Origin: a virus
DNA length: 64,000 bases
Virus record (IMG/VR): IMGVR_UViG_3300023238_000004
Strand: one strand, 5' to 3'
Under the pieces are notes generated by a model. It had not been told where the DNA came from and ran no database searches. It saw nothing but the letters and a program-made list of their open reading frames with translations. Shown in pieces: positions 29,568 through 39,350 of the stretch; the first letter of the stretch is position 1, and every line of letters begins with the position of its first letter. The position numbers were made by a program, and so were the translations under genes.

Positions 29568-30276
29568 TTTTCACCGCCTTGTCTTTTGTCATTACTTGGT
29601 GAAGATTGTATTTAGTCTTATTGAACTCATTCAAGGCCTCAAAGATCAGTTTGTTCTTAAAGGCTTCTGTAGAGACAATCCTTCTTAGGGACTCTATTGT
29701 CTCTCTGCTGTGCAAGTAAAAGATCTCGGACCACAAGTCGGTTAACCCATAGGACATATTCGTAACAAGTCCATTTTCATCACATACGCTGCCAATCTCT
29801 AACGTAGACTTTTTCTTGCCACGCTTATGACTTAGGATGTATGGCACCTCTTCGTGTATCTTAACCAGTTCAGGATATAGAACCAACTCCCCGTTGCAAA
29901 CCAATAGCGAATCCGAAGACACGTTGTTTAAGCACAATCTGAGAGTCTCACAGCAATTGGTCTCGTCGAAGAGTTGGTTCTCTACTATCCTGATGTTTTG
30001 GTTCTTATACTTCGTCTTTATGTGTCTTGAGACACGGTCAGCTTCAAAGCCGCAACAGACTATGATCTCATAGTTCTTATGTACGGCTCTAATCGCTTCA
30101 ATTTGAATGTCAAGCAAGCAGTGCGACCCGACGCAAAGTAGTGATGGCGGACCATAGGACTTCATCCTATAGCCAGGCTTGGCAGACAAGATAGCAATTG
30201 TTACCTTGTCCCCTTTCTTTCTATTCTTTTTATCGCCTCTCGCTGACGTTATAGAGTTGACTCTGTTTCTTGGCAT
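29485..30276 (-). CDS. Sugar-phosphate nucleotidyltransferase-like protein (GlmU/MobA-type NTP transferase fold)
   Basis: IAILSAKPGYRMKSYGPPSLL resembles the LAAGxGxRM...PKxL motif; also IIVCCGFE and LLVCNGELV. Likely start is MPRN at 30276. Confidence 0.7.
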   Translation of the reverse strand: MPRNRVNSITSARGDKKNRKKGDKVTIAILSAKPGYRMKSYGPPSLLCVGSHCLLDIQIEAIRAVHKNYEIIVCCGFEADRVSRHIKTKYKNQNIRIVENQLFDETNCCETLRLCLNNVSSDSLLVCNGELVLYPELVKIHEEVPYILSHKRGKKKSTLEIGSVCDENGLVTNMSYGLTDLWSEIFYLHSRETIESLRRIVSTEAFKNKLIFEALNEFNKTKYNLHQVMTKDKAVKIDNIKTYHRVKDRYENIGTQLFVRNFN

Positions 30277-30277
30277 G

Positions 30278-31015
30278 TTAGAACTTCTTATAGAGATTGG
30301 CAGTCTTTGCTCCATCCAAAAGACTATCCTCGAAATCTTGGTACGTCTTTCCATCACTCATTTGATAGAATTTTAGAGCAGAGGACATAACCATTACACT
30401 GTCAGACTTGGAGGCGACAATGAAAACCCCATAGTTTACAGAGAAATCATATTCGATTGCTCTCATTAGATCTTCTGTCCACGGAGTCACTGGAGACATA
30501 GAGAAGAACTTCCCTTTGACATATCTCAATAGTTCCGCATCAATCTCTGGCTTGGTCAGATCGTCGTGGTACTGGATAACGCGGAACTTCTTCTTACCCA
30601 TCCATTCGTGGACCATCTGAGAGACAATATCCTTATTGTCATAAGTGCCCCTATGTGCCAAAATCACGTCAACACTTTCGTAGTAGAAAATGCTTCTGAG
30701 ACTAGTTTGTAGTTCAAGCAATTGAGGCCTAGTGTACTCATCAACGTCTAAGATTAGTGTGAAACTTGGACGTAGCTCTTCTCTAATCTTTTCTAGGTTT
30801 GCTTCGCCCCAGCTTGGAGGCCTATAAGAAGGACAAACCCCTTTGATGACATAGAATTCCTTTTCATTGTCAGTGGCTTCTGTGACCTTGTCTGCTGCAA
30901 AAGATTCCAGCCTCTTGGCCTTGCATCCAGACTGATTGTCTCCATCGTATACGGCGAACACGCAGTCTTTACAGATGGTCTCTAGTGATTGTTTACCTTG
31001 TGGCTGTAACGTCAT
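30278..31015 (-). CDS. Hypothetical protein with N-terminal Cys cluster and a possible degenerate GT-A domain
   Basis: CKDC...C...C followed by alpha/beta pattern; cluster context. Confidence 0.45.
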   Translation of the reverse strand: MTLQPQGKQSLETICKDCVFAVYDGDNQSGCKAKRLESFAADKVTEATDNEKEFYVIKGVCPSYRPPSWGEANLEKIREELRPSFTLILDVDEYTRPQLLELQTSLRSIFYYESVDVILAHRGTYDNKDIVSQMVHEWMGKKKFRVIQYHDDLTKPEIDAELLRYVKGKFFSMSPVTPWTEDLMRAIEYDFSVNYGVFIVASKSDSVMVMSSALKFYQMSDGKTYQDFEDSLLDGAKTANLYKKF

Positions 31016-31406
31016 AGTTGAATCCGTTGAGTGTTAGAGTTTCAATTTGTAGTCCAGATCTGCGAATGATCTCTTTTACTGTTGGGACTGACAAGAGAGA
31101 ACGGCAAGAATACACAATGGTGTTGAAGTCTTGGTCGTTCATCTTCCCCTTGATAAGTGCCCGACACAGCATCCTAGCATCTACTCCATTAAACCTTAAC
31201 AGCCCACCACGTCTAAGTTTGCACGATAGGGCGGTCAAGAATCCGATTGAAGCCTCAAGGGGCAGACTTGCAAAACAGTTCTGTACTGAGATCTCTTCAC
31301 ACTCGTTGTCTGAAATGTGGTCAAGATTAACATCTACGCCTGTCATATAGACAAACTCATACCCGGTTGGTCCCTTCTCGCCTGGGTTCAAAATCATTAG
31401 TTTCAT
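30993..31406 (-). CDS. Truncated methyltransferase-like protein, 137 aa
   Basis: DHISDNECEEI...KLRRGGLL pattern resembles the C-terminal half of class I methyltransferases; no SAM-binding GxGxG seen. Confidence 0.4.
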   Translation of the reverse strand: MKLMILNPGEKGPTGYEFVYMTGVDVNLDHISDNECEEISVQNCFASLPLEASIGFLTALSCKLRRGGLLRFNGVDARMLCRALIKGKMNDQDFNTIVYSCRSLLSVPTVKEIIRRSGLQIETLTLNGFNYDVTATR

Positions 31407-32398
31407 AAACTTGCCTCGTATGTTTTGGTGAAGATTTCATTCCACTCTTGAACAAATCTGTCCGAAGAGCATTTATCAAGAACTGTCTGCCTAGCGGCCT
31501 TTCCTAGTTTCTTGGCGTAGTCAGGGTCTCTAGCGAGCCTGTCAAGAGCCTTAGAAGCTTCCTCTGAGGTATTGGCGATTAAACCATTAACGCCGTCCTC
31601 GACGAACTCAGAGATCCCACAGGTGCCAGTAGTGACAACTGGACACTCACAAGCCATCGCCTCTAGGAGACTCATCGGCATTGGGCTGTCCAGGGTTGTG
31701 TTCAGATAAGCTTGGCACTCGCTGTAATAGAACGCCAGTCTTTCTGAATTGCCCTCACTAACAAACGTGTCATTGATTTGATCGCTGTTTTTTCCAATAA
31801 CAGTCATCATGTACTTTTCAGTATTGTAAAGCTCTTCCCACATCTTGTAGTTTAAGCAATAGTCTCTAGCCTTATAGTCGTTTGCTACTGTTAAGATGTA
31901 TTTGCCCGTCCTTTCTGTTTTTGGACTAAAGACATCTGAGTCAACACAGTGATGAATCACATTGTTGTTTTTCTGAATACCAACACTAGACCAAACATAG
32001 TTTGAATGATGCGTAATGAAGATATTAACATCACCAATCATGGCCCCCATTTGATTCAAAGCGGATTGGCTCAAGTCAATTGTGGGCGTTGTGTGCTCAA
32101 GGGCAATGATGGGGATCTGTAGCTTTTGATTGATCTGATTGGCTAGATCAAACTGCCCAAACCTGTTCTGTGACAAGATCAAGTCGTACCCATCGTAGGG
32201 ATAGAACTTGTCTAGTGGCATAAGGTGATAGTTGTCTAGTCCATAGTCTTCAACCGCCCCCATACCCTTAATGTTTGCAGCATAGAAGTTGTGACCAGTC
32301 TTGGCCAACTCTGTCTCGTATCTACGGTGAGTACAAAACGTTAATATATTTAATTTTTTCTTAGGTTCTCTTCTAACGTAATTAACTACATTTGTCAT
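31403..32398 (-). CDS. GT-B (family 4-like) glycosyltransferase
   Basis: YLNTT..SPMPMSLLEAMACECPVVTT...EFVEDGVNG motif. Confidence 0.85.
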   Translation of the reverse strand: MTNVVNYVRREPKKKLNILTFCTHRRYETELAKTGHNFYAANIKGMGAVEDYGLDNYHLMPLDKFYPYDGYDLILSQNRFGQFDLANQINQKLQIPIIALEHTTPTIDLSQSALNQMGAMIGDVNIFITHHSNYVWSSVGIQKNNNVIHHCVDSDVFSPKTERTGKYILTVANDYKARDYCLNYKMWEELYNTEKYMMTVIGKNSDQINDTFVSEGNSERLAFYYSECQAYLNTTLDSPMPMSLLEAMACECPVVTTGTCGISEFVEDGVNGLIANTSEEASKALDRLARDPDYAKKLGKAARQTVLDKCSSDRFVQEWNEIFTKTYEASL

Positions 32399-32474
32399 TG
32401 TTTTCTGTTATCCTTTTACATAGTTCCAAAAAGTAATCTTGATCGTGAGTCCATTTCATATAATTCACATGCTT
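32382..32474 (-). pseudogene. 3' stub of an HNH endonuclease gene
   Basis: Translates KHVNYMKWTHDQDYFLELCKRITENNDKCS*, matching the C-termini of 24857-25195 and 45025-45711. Contains the AAGGA RBS of the 32398 start. Confidence 0.65.
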
Positions 32475-32475
32475 G

Positions 32476-33582
32476 TTATGCTAGAAGTAGCTCCTTCATT
32501 GTGTTGCCGACCAATTGGTGCGAGAAGTCCTTCGCCCTCTTTAAGCCTCTGGATCTTCTGTCCACTCTGTTCTCGTAGTAGTGTCGCATTGTTCTCTTGG
32601 CTTCGCTTTCGTCTATCTGCCTCCAGGTATCCCTAGCGGTAAACAAGTCTGGGAATGCAGCATCAACAGAATCGCACACAGAAGACTGACAAGAAACACA
32701 GTAACCAACCTCGTCTTCATCCCACTGAATGTACTCGCTAGTTCCAGGTAGGTCTGTCACAATGGGAGTATTGCCAAACGCCATCGCATCAAAGGCTGGA
32801 ATCGACCAAGCTTCTCCGTGTGAGAAGTTAAGGAAGCAATCACCATACTGATGAAGAGACATTATTTGATCTTCTGTGCTATGGCCGGTGATAACAAATT
32901 CTTTGTGATAGTCTTCTTTGTTTGAATACAGCCTAGATCTAATCTTTATGTTATTACAAAGCCCTTCAATCTGATGTTTAACCTTTTCTGCTGGGATGTT
33001 GAACTTATTAAGCTTCAATATCAGAGAAACAGGCTCAGACCTATCGAACTCGGAGTGAAAGCACCTAACCACCGATTCGATGTTCTTTCGATCATTAAAA
33101 TCAGAGATACAGTAGAATTTAAACGTGTGGTCGGCACCTGGAATCTTAACTTCTGGATATGACTTAGCATACTTAGTAGGATCACAACAGTGATGCACAA
33201 CAGAAGCCTTAAAGCCTTCCATAGACAAGTCACTCCTAAGGCCGTCGTTAGGAACCCAAAGTTCATCTACTAGTTGTAGGTGACTGTTCCAGTCTAAGTG
33301 ATTGGTCTCATATGTTTCAGAAACAAAGTAGGCTATGTTCTTCTTATACTTAGTAGTGCCCACTAGATGGTGGGGCAATACATGTTGCACACAATGAGTA
33401 GCGTCGTGACAATCCTTACGCTCAAACTCTACCAACTCCGGTGGAGTATTAACTTGTCCGGTAAGGTCAATGTTGCGACACACAACATCAACACCAGCGG
33501 CGTCGAGAGCTAAAATGTTGTCAAGTGCTGCTCGCCCCCACCCTGTCGGCTCATTTTGGTGACCCAAGTATAGCACTTTCAT
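32476..33582 (-). CDS. GT-B (family 4-like) glycosyltransferase
   Basis: MKVLYLGH...GWGRAA; SHGEAWSIPAFDAMAFGNTPIVT. Likely start 33582. Confidence 0.8.
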   Translation of the reverse strand: MKVLYLGHQNEPTGWGRAALDNILALDAAGVDVVCRNIDLTGQVNTPPELVEFERKDCHDATHCVQHVLPHHLVGTTKYKKNIAYFVSETYETNHLDWNSHLQLVDELWVPNDGLRSDLSMEGFKASVVHHCCDPTKYAKSYPEVKIPGADHTFKFYCISDFNDRKNIESVVRCFHSEFDRSEPVSLILKLNKFNIPAEKVKHQIEGLCNNIKIRSRLYSNKEDYHKEFVITGHSTEDQIMSLHQYGDCFLNFSHGEAWSIPAFDAMAFGNTPIVTDLPGTSEYIQWDEDEVGYCVSCQSSVCDSVDAAFPDLFTARDTWRQIDESEAKRTMRHYYENRVDRRSRGLKRAKDFSHQLVGNTMKELLLA

Positions 33583-33701
33583 TTTTGAGCTTCCACTATT
33601 TTTTTGCAGACCCGAATGAAGTCTGACTGATTCATGTCCATTTTCATTCTGTTTACGTCTCTCGTTACCCATTGGCAATTTTCCTTTGTATGGAGATATG
33701 G
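33579..33701 (-). pseudogene. 3' stub of an HNH endonuclease gene
   Basis: Translates (PYLH)TKENCQWVTRDVNRMKMDMNQSDFIRVCKKIVEAQK*; its TGA overlaps the ATG of the downstream GT (ATGA). Confidence 0.7.
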
Positions 33702-33715
33702 TTACTTCTCGTATT

Positions 33716-36421
33716 TTAGATTCTCTTTTGTTCCCAATAGTTCCTCTTCTCTGCTATCTTGAGCATTTCCCGGTAAGCTAGATCAAAGTTAAAGGGTATT
33801 CTTACCACCTTACCATCAAAACCTGCCGAACTCTCATTCTCATAAACCTTAGAGGTAGAAGAAGTCCTACTCTCATACATAAGGTCTCTAGTAAGACGAG
33901 ACTCAAACTGAGTGTTAAGTCTGTCAGGCTCTCCTAGTGCATTTACAATCAACCACTGAGCCAATTGCTTGTGCGTAGTCTGCGGAGGAATCTCTGGTTT
34001 TGGTTTTGGTTGGTGAATTCTTGGTGCAGACTCCCAAGTTTTCTCTACTGGTTCAATCTCGAATGAATCGAATACCTTTGCAAGTATGTCTCCAGTCTGA
34101 TCCCACTGATAATGCTTCTTAAATCTGTCTAAAGTTATGTGCCCCAAAGCGATCCTGTCTTCTTTGTCGATATCGAAGAACCTACCGAAAACCATCGCGG
34201 TGTCTTCGTTATCTGGAACGGCCCTATAGCATCCTGTCTCTAGTTCTTTGTATAGAGCTTTGGGCTTCAAGGGCACTCCGGCTAGATTGCTAACAACACT
34301 GCTCATAGCACTGTAGTCAACAGAAACAACGGGGATACCACAAGCAGCCGCCTCTACTTGTGGAAGGCCAAATCCCTCGCTGTTAGCATATTGAACATAT
34401 AAGTCAAAGCAATTCATCACTTCTGACAACTGTTCATAGCTAGCACCCTGCTTAACATTGCACATGGTGGCGTTGTATTTACCAGTGAAAGGCGATTCAC
34501 AGATAGCCCCCGCAAACAATGAAGCAAATGTCTTGTTGGTCTCTGGGCAAATGTAAGTAAAATAAACACTTGAAGAGACACAGTTCTGCTGTAGTAACTC
34601 TGGGATATCCCAACCTAGGTCTGGATAACTTGTGTGACAGTACAGCTTGTACTCATTAGGATTCTCTTGTTGCCCTAAGAACAGAGCCCACGCCTCAAAG
34701 AGATCTGGGTAAAGCTTGCGTCTTTGATTACGCATAACCGTGCCCACAATCTTTATATCCTTATCTAGCCCCAGGTTTTCTCTACAAACAGCTTGGTCCA
34801 TTGGCTTATACGCAGGATTAGCAGATGGAGGGGCTGTCCCAACATAGTTGATCTTCCCTCCAGACTGTTCCTTCATAACGTTGCCAGACCACTCAGAGTA
34901 AGACAGAACTGCGTCAGCACTCGCATAAGTACTAATCCACTGTCTAGCTTGTGGTGCTGAGTCTGCCGTTGGCATAATTACCCACTTGAACATCTTCCTA
35001 AAGGGAGATCGCTCTACAAACTCGCAATTATGAATACAAAAAGAAGATACATAGGTATTGTCTTCTTCTACTTCAAAGTTATGAACTTGTTCTCCATAGG
35101 ATTGTTTAATAACCTCTTTAACAGTTAACCAAGCGTAGCCATTTTTAATTCTTGTCGCTTTAGCTATTTCTTTATTGAGGAGGTTGTCATAAATAGTCTT
35201 AAATCCCTCTAAGCTATTAGACCTAAAAGAGAATATGTATCTAAAATAATCTTTGTCGATTCCTTTGATATTATTTTTATTTAGATTGAAGGATGGCAAT
35301 ATTCCAATCCTTAGGCACATCCTAAATACTTGGTGTGCTAATTGCTCACTCTTTGTGCAGTAAGAAGCTCTTTCCTTGTAATAACCTCCGTCACCCCTAA
35401 ATAAGCCACACAAAAACGACCTTATACACTCGTTATTTGAGAAAAACACCTCATCAGAAAGCTTCTTGTCTCCAGCCAAAGAACCGCAAAACTTTAGACA
35501 ATCTTGTGATATTCTTTTGCCGTAACACCTTACTATTGCCGTATTCCCAAGTATCTTTATTTTAGCTTCTTTATCATAAAAAACCTTAACAAGAGAGATA
35601 AAGTCATCAATATGACTAGACTCATTAGCATTAAAGGTTAACTGAATACCTTTGTATTTGTTGTCCTCTTTTAAGCCCTCGTACATTATGCAGCCTTCGG
35701 CCATATAGTAGCCTAAGAATCTACAAAAGTCATTCTTGTGATTTTTATCTCCCTCTTTGTCAATTGGGTAAACCAATATGTCGTTTTTCTCAATGCCTTG
35801 GGAGTCTACCCATTCTAAATTTTTAGGTGAAAACTTATGCACTGGTAGGCTTTTCTCTCCATTTCTTTTTAAGCAATAGACCGGATGATCGTCTGTTAGT
35901 TCTACATTAAATGGGCAATTTTGCACATTAATAGTGTGGAGATCTCCGAAATAACTCTTTTTAAATGTGTTTATTACTCTTCTATATCTTCCTTCGTGTG
36001 TTAAGACCAAGTCATCGACTTTTATGTCTTTGATCTTCTTGATGGAGTTTTTACATACGATATTAGTATTAGGAGTTAAGCACATCCAGAAGTCTCTGAT
36101 ATCAAAGACAATGTCTGGCTTAAAGTCTAGGCAAACTTCTTCAAAGATGAACTCGCCAAATTGATTGAAGGGACTTGAGTCGTATGACTGCATCTCTTCT
36201 CTACTAGCTCTAGGTTGAAACTCCTTGTTTGGTTGTACTCCATAGTACCTCCAAGGCAAAGATAGCCCCCTAGGATCGTTTCTTTGACCATAGGCGGCTA
36301 ATTCGGCTAGTTCGTATTTTCCTGTGGAGTTTAGATACTCCATGATTTCTCTAGTGTAGGTAGCATAACCAGTGTTTAGAAAGGTCGCCTCACTACAGAA
36401 GAGGATTCTTTTTTTTCTCAT
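33716..36421 (-). CDS. GT-B (family 4-like) glycosyltransferase containing a LAGLIDADG intein
   Basis: ILFCSEATFLNTGYA N-terminus; NSEGFGLPQVEAAACGIPVVSVDY motif; intein between FWM and CEF. Confidence 0.88.
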   Translation of the reverse strand: MRKKRILFCSEATFLNTGYATYTREIMEYLNSTGKYELAELAAYGQRNDPRGLSLPWRYYGVQPNKEFQPRASREEMQSYDSSPFNQFGEFIFEEVCLDFKPDIVFDIRDFWMCLTPNTNIVCKNSIKKIKDIKVDDLVLTHEGRYRRVINTFKKSYFGDLHTINVQNCPFNVELTDDHPVYCLKRNGEKSLPVHKFSPKNLEWVDSQGIEKNDILVYPIDKEGDKNHKNDFCRFLGYYMAEGCIMYEGLKEDNKYKGIQLTFNANESSHIDDFISLVKVFYDKEAKIKILGNTAIVRCYGKRISQDCLKFCGSLAGDKKLSDEVFFSNNECIRSFLCGLFRGDGGYYKERASYCTKSEQLAHQVFRMCLRIGILPSFNLNKNNIKGIDKDYFRYIFSFRSNSLEGFKTIYDNLLNKEIAKATRIKNGYAWLTVKEVIKQSYGEQVHNFEVEEDNTYVSSFCIHNCEFVERSPFRKMFKWVIMPTADSAPQARQWISTYASADAVLSYSEWSGNVMKEQSGGKINYVGTAPPSANPAYKPMDQAVCRENLGLDKDIKIVGTVMRNQRRKLYPDLFEAWALFLGQQENPNEYKLYCHTSYPDLGWDIPELLQQNCVSSSVYFTYICPETNKTFASLFAGAICESPFTGKYNATMCNVKQGASYEQLSEVMNCFDLYVQYANSEGFGLPQVEAAACGIPVVSVDYSAMSSVVSNLAGVPLKPKALYKELETGCYRAVPDNEDTAMVFGRFFDIDKEDRIALGHITLDRFKKHYQWDQTGDILAKVFDSFEIEPVEKTWESAPRIHQPKPKPEIPPQTTHKQLAQWLIVNALGEPDRLNTQFESRLTRDLMYESRTSSTSKVYENESSAGFDGKVVRIPFNFDLAYREMLKIAEKRNYWEQKRI
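35027..36082 (-). mobile_element. Intein (352 aa) with LAGLIDADG endonuclease
   Basis: Starts CLTPNT; block B LTDDHP; FLGYYMAEG and FLCGLFRGDG; ends VHNFEVEEDNTYVSSFCIHN with +1 Cys. Confidence 0.92.
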
Positions 36422-37161
36422 TGTTCTATTTTATTTCCTTTTTTGAAGTTATCAATAGCCCATAGGGGTTGTAGGTTTGTGTAATGCCATGCTATTTTTA
36501 GTTGATCTTCCATGCCATTAGAAGCAAAATCAAAGCTGCTTAATGGCCTTATATGATCTACATGCCATTCTCCATAATTTTCCCTAGTCATACCATCTTG
36601 GAATTTAGATTCTAAATAGTCCCAAAACTCTTCCGTTTTAAGCCCTATGTAGTCAAACGTTTTTAACTTCTTCTTTTGGCCCCTTAGTCCTCTTGTTATA
36701 CTATTCCTCATATTCCTGTTCATTCTTTGTATTGGGTCGGCATTGCTTTTCCTACTCTGTGCTAAGCATTTTTCTGGATTGTTCTTTCTCCAGGTTCTAT
36801 TTCGCTCCCTCCTTGCTTCTGTGTTGTTTCTACAATACTCTTGTATCTTTTCTTGATTTTTGAGGTAGTATTCTCTTGCACTCCTTTTTCGCCTTTCTTC
36901 ATACTTAGGATAACTTTCTTTCACCATTGCTTTATTACACTCTTTACAATAGCTAGGTTGACGTTTTCTATTACCTTGAGGATCTTTTTTATTTGTCTTG
37001 CACTTAGCACACAAAGTACTCACAGGTTTTCTAGGTCTTGGAGTATAGTACAAATCCCTAAGGCACCTTTTACATGTATTATTTTTGCCGCTTTTGTGAC
37101 GTTTGCTATTTCCAAAACGACTTTCATCAAGATATTCTTTGCATCTTCTACAGGTTTTCAT
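36418..37161 (-). CDS. Free-standing HNH homing endonuclease with CxxC repeats
   Basis: MKTCRRC...; GMTRENYGEWHVDHIRP...HYTNLQPLWAIDNFKKG; AGGGAG RBS supports a start at 37161. Confidence 0.85.
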   Translation of the reverse strand: MKTCRRCKEYLDESRFGNSKRHKSGKNNTCKRCLRDLYYTPRPRKPVSTLCAKCKTNKKDPQGNRKRQPSYCKECNKAMVKESYPKYEERRKRSAREYYLKNQEKIQEYCRNNTEARRERNRTWRKNNPEKCLAQSRKSNADPIQRMNRNMRNSITRGLRGQKKKLKTFDYIGLKTEEFWDYLESKFQDGMTRENYGEWHVDHIRPLSSFDFASNGMEDQLKIAWHYTNLQPLWAIDNFKKGNKIEQ

Positions 37162-37177
37162 TTTTGCTCCCTTGTCT

Positions 37178-37206
37178 ATTATAGTCAGAAGGTTTGGAAA
37201 AGACAA
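37178..37206 (-). promoter_or_regulatory. Sigma70-like promoter TTGTCT-N17-TATAAT
   Basis: Intergenic, immediately after the DnaE C-terminal gene; 17-nt spacer. Confidence 0.75.
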
Positions 37207-37207
37207 C

Positions 37208-39190
37208 CTAAATATCTGAAATTTTTTCAACGATCAGACTTCCGTCGCCCTTCTCTGAACTTCCGTAGATCATCACGTTGTTTCCTTCAAATAAGCTGTA
37301 CTTATTGTCTTCTCTCGCCTCTGGAAAGACCACAACGCTGTCAATTGAGCAGGTTTCGTCCTCAATGGTCAGGAAGGACATCTCTTTTCCCTTACTTGCC
37401 CCTTCTTTCTTAACCTTCGTGTTAAACACTCGGGTAATGTTTGCGGCGATTGTTAGCTTCTTGCCCTTTTTCCCGTCTGCTAGTTCCTTACAGGTTGTAT
37501 TGCCGCACATGTCTGTGGTTTCAATCTTAGACATAGAGACAGGGCAACCTAAGAACTTCACTTCCTGGTCAATGATCCACTCTGGATCGTCTTCTAGGTC
37601 GTAGGGTGGGTTCTGTAGCATCTTAATCTCGTTCAAGATAATCTGCTTTCTGGACTCTTTACTGGTCCCGCCGCCCTCTTTTTTTGTAGGTGCTAGATCT
37701 CTAAAGCAAGACTGCAAATCCTTCCATCTTCTCTTAGGGTAGTTTTCTATTACCCAGTTGGTCTCAGCCTTCGTCAAGATACGAAAGATCTCATAGTCAT
37801 ATAAGACCTTGTTTCTCGTAACCTTGTCTTTGATTCCACGGAAGAACCCAATAGACCCAAGCGTCTTGAATACCGTAGAGTTCACCTTAGGAGAGAAGAA
37901 CAACAAGATCTCCATCCACGATGTGTTCTCAATCTTTTTATTTAGATGTACAAATAGATCTTCAACAGCAATGAAAGCCTTGTCCCCATTCTTTCCGGTC
38001 AAAGACTTAATGTCCTTAATGCCAAAGTAAATGGTGTCTCCAACGCAATTGAATTGACGTTTGAAGTTAGCAATACTAGGAGTTTTCAATTGAAGATCAA
38101 AAAGCTTAGCTTCTGACGCTAGTTCATAAACCTCTTGGTGAGCGTCCTGCTTGTCTTTTGCGTAACGAAAATAGGCTACAAAGAACTGTTTGATATAGTG
38201 TGCCTTGAAATAAGCACTCCAATATGAATCCAATCCATAGGCAACCGCGTGAGAATTACTGGTGGCTATTTTATTAGCATAAAAAAGATGGCTATCACTA
38301 TCAACCTCAATGTCCATAGTGGGCATTGTGCCCAAGCTTTTTATTCTAACTATTTTACTAGATTTCATGTCTACACAATCTTGAACAACTATCTCGTGAA
38401 AATATAACAGAATATCAGAAAGAGGTCTAATAACACCATCTTTGCACAAGAATTTATGCTCCATTGTGCATTTTATAGTTTTACCACACTCTAGCTCTAA
38501 CTCATAGACCTCTAGTGACCCGTGGTCATAAGTCTCTAAGACTTTTACGTATTGGTCAGACAATAAACAGGGAGATAGTACAAAATCTCCAGCTTTAATT
38601 TCTGATAGCTGCTTTTCACCGTCTGGTGTTTGTACTACTGAATCCTTCGTAATAGACTTGTTAAAACTGTATCGAGCAGACTTCTCAATCCACCCGAAGA
38701 TTTCTTCTGCGTCTTTGGCTTCAACCGTCCCTACTTTCTCGCAACCAATGATAAAGTCTTCCTTGACCTTTGCCATCACGTCTGCTTTCTTTTTACCAAT
38801 GGCCTTTCTAAGAACATCAGCCTCTGACTCAGAGAAACCCGCAAGCTCTTTGGCTATAATCATAGCTTGTTCTTGATAGATCAAAACCCCGTAGGTTGGA
38901 GCTAAGAATGGCTCAAGAGAAGGATGTAGATACTCAACGGGTTCTAGTCCGTGCTTTCTGTCTACATAGTGCTGGGACATAGACTTGCCCTGATACATAG
39001 CTTTCAAAGAGCCAGGACGAAGAATAGAGATCAGAGCCGCAAGCTCTTCCATATTTTCTGGCTTGACTTTCTTGGACCACGATCTTCCAAGATTGCTTTC
39101 AAGTTGAAAAATACCCTTGGTTCTACCTTCCGCGAAAAGCTTCCAGACTTCTGGATCATTCATCGGAATATTATCAATGTCAACTGTCAT
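37208..39190 (-). CDS. dnaE: DNA polymerase III alpha (DnaE), C-terminal piece (fingers/HhH/OB) with a mini-intein
   Basis: GIFQLES, ILRPG, TYGVLIYQEQ, LRKAIGKKK, YSFNK|intein|SHAVAY, IYFGIKDIK, OB-fold MSFLTIEDET..IDSVVVFPE. Confidence 0.92.
   Translation of the reverse strand: MTVDIDNIPMNDPEVWKLFAEGRTKGIFQLESNLGRSWSKKVKPENMEELAALISILRPGSLKAMYQGKSMSQHYVDRKHGLEPVEYLHPSLEPFLAPTYGVLIYQEQAMIIAKELAGFSESEADVLRKAIGKKKADVMAKVKEDFIIGCEKVGTVEAKDAEEIFGWIEKSARYSFNKSITKDSVVQTPDGEKQLSEIKAGDFVLSPCLLSDQYVKVLETYDHGSLEVYELELECGKTIKCTMEHKFLCKDGVIRPLSDILLYFHEIVVQDCVDMKSSKIVRIKSLGTMPTMDIEVDSDSHLFYANKIATSNSHAVAYGLDSYWSAYFKAHYIKQFFVAYFRYAKDKQDAHQEVYELASEAKLFDLQLKTPSIANFKRQFNCVGDTIYFGIKDIKSLTGKNGDKAFIAVEDLFVHLNKKIENTSWMEILLFFSPKVNSTVFKTLGSIGFFRGIKDKVTRNKVLYDYEIFRILTKAETNWVIENYPKRRWKDLQSCFRDLAPTKKEGGGTSKESRKQIILNEIKMLQNPPYDLEDDPEWIIDQEVKFLGCPVSMSKIETTDMCGNTTCKELADGKKGKKLTIAANITRVFNTKVKKEGASKGKEMSFLTIEDETCSIDSVVVFPEAREDNKYSLFEGNNVMIYGSSEKGDGSLIVEKISDI
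38255..38656 (-). mobile_element. Mini-intein (134 aa), Ser1 ... Ser-Asn, +1 Ser
   Basis: SITKDSVVQTPDG; CTMEHKF (block B); MDIEVDSDSHLFYANKIATSN. Removal restores FNKSH. Confidence 0.88.
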
Positions 39191-39341
39191 ATTTTTCCCA
39201 CACAATCAAGCAGTAATCAATGTCCGTATTTGGGACATAGCCGTCATCCCACCAGTAGTCTAAGTTACAATCTGGACACTGGCCACCATTCCATGTTTTG
39301 TCCTCAAATTCACATTCACATCTTGGGCAAGTTATGTCCAT
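39180..39341 (-). CDS. Small zinc-ribbon protein, 53 aa
   Basis: MDITCPRCECEFEDKTWNGGQCPDCNLDYWWDD...; AGGAG RBS; below the ORF-track cutoff. Confidence 0.6.
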   Translation of the reverse strand: MDITCPRCECEFEDKTWNGGQCPDCNLDYWWDDGYVPNTDIDYCLIVWEKYDS

Positions 39342-39350
39342 TCCAATCTC

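Noticed and set aside
25192-36421. T4-like hydroxymethylcytosine/glucosylation pathway
   Set aside because: ThyA retains the dUMP-specifying Asn (VPFNIASY), and no dCMP hydroxymethylase or dCTPase was recognised in the window.
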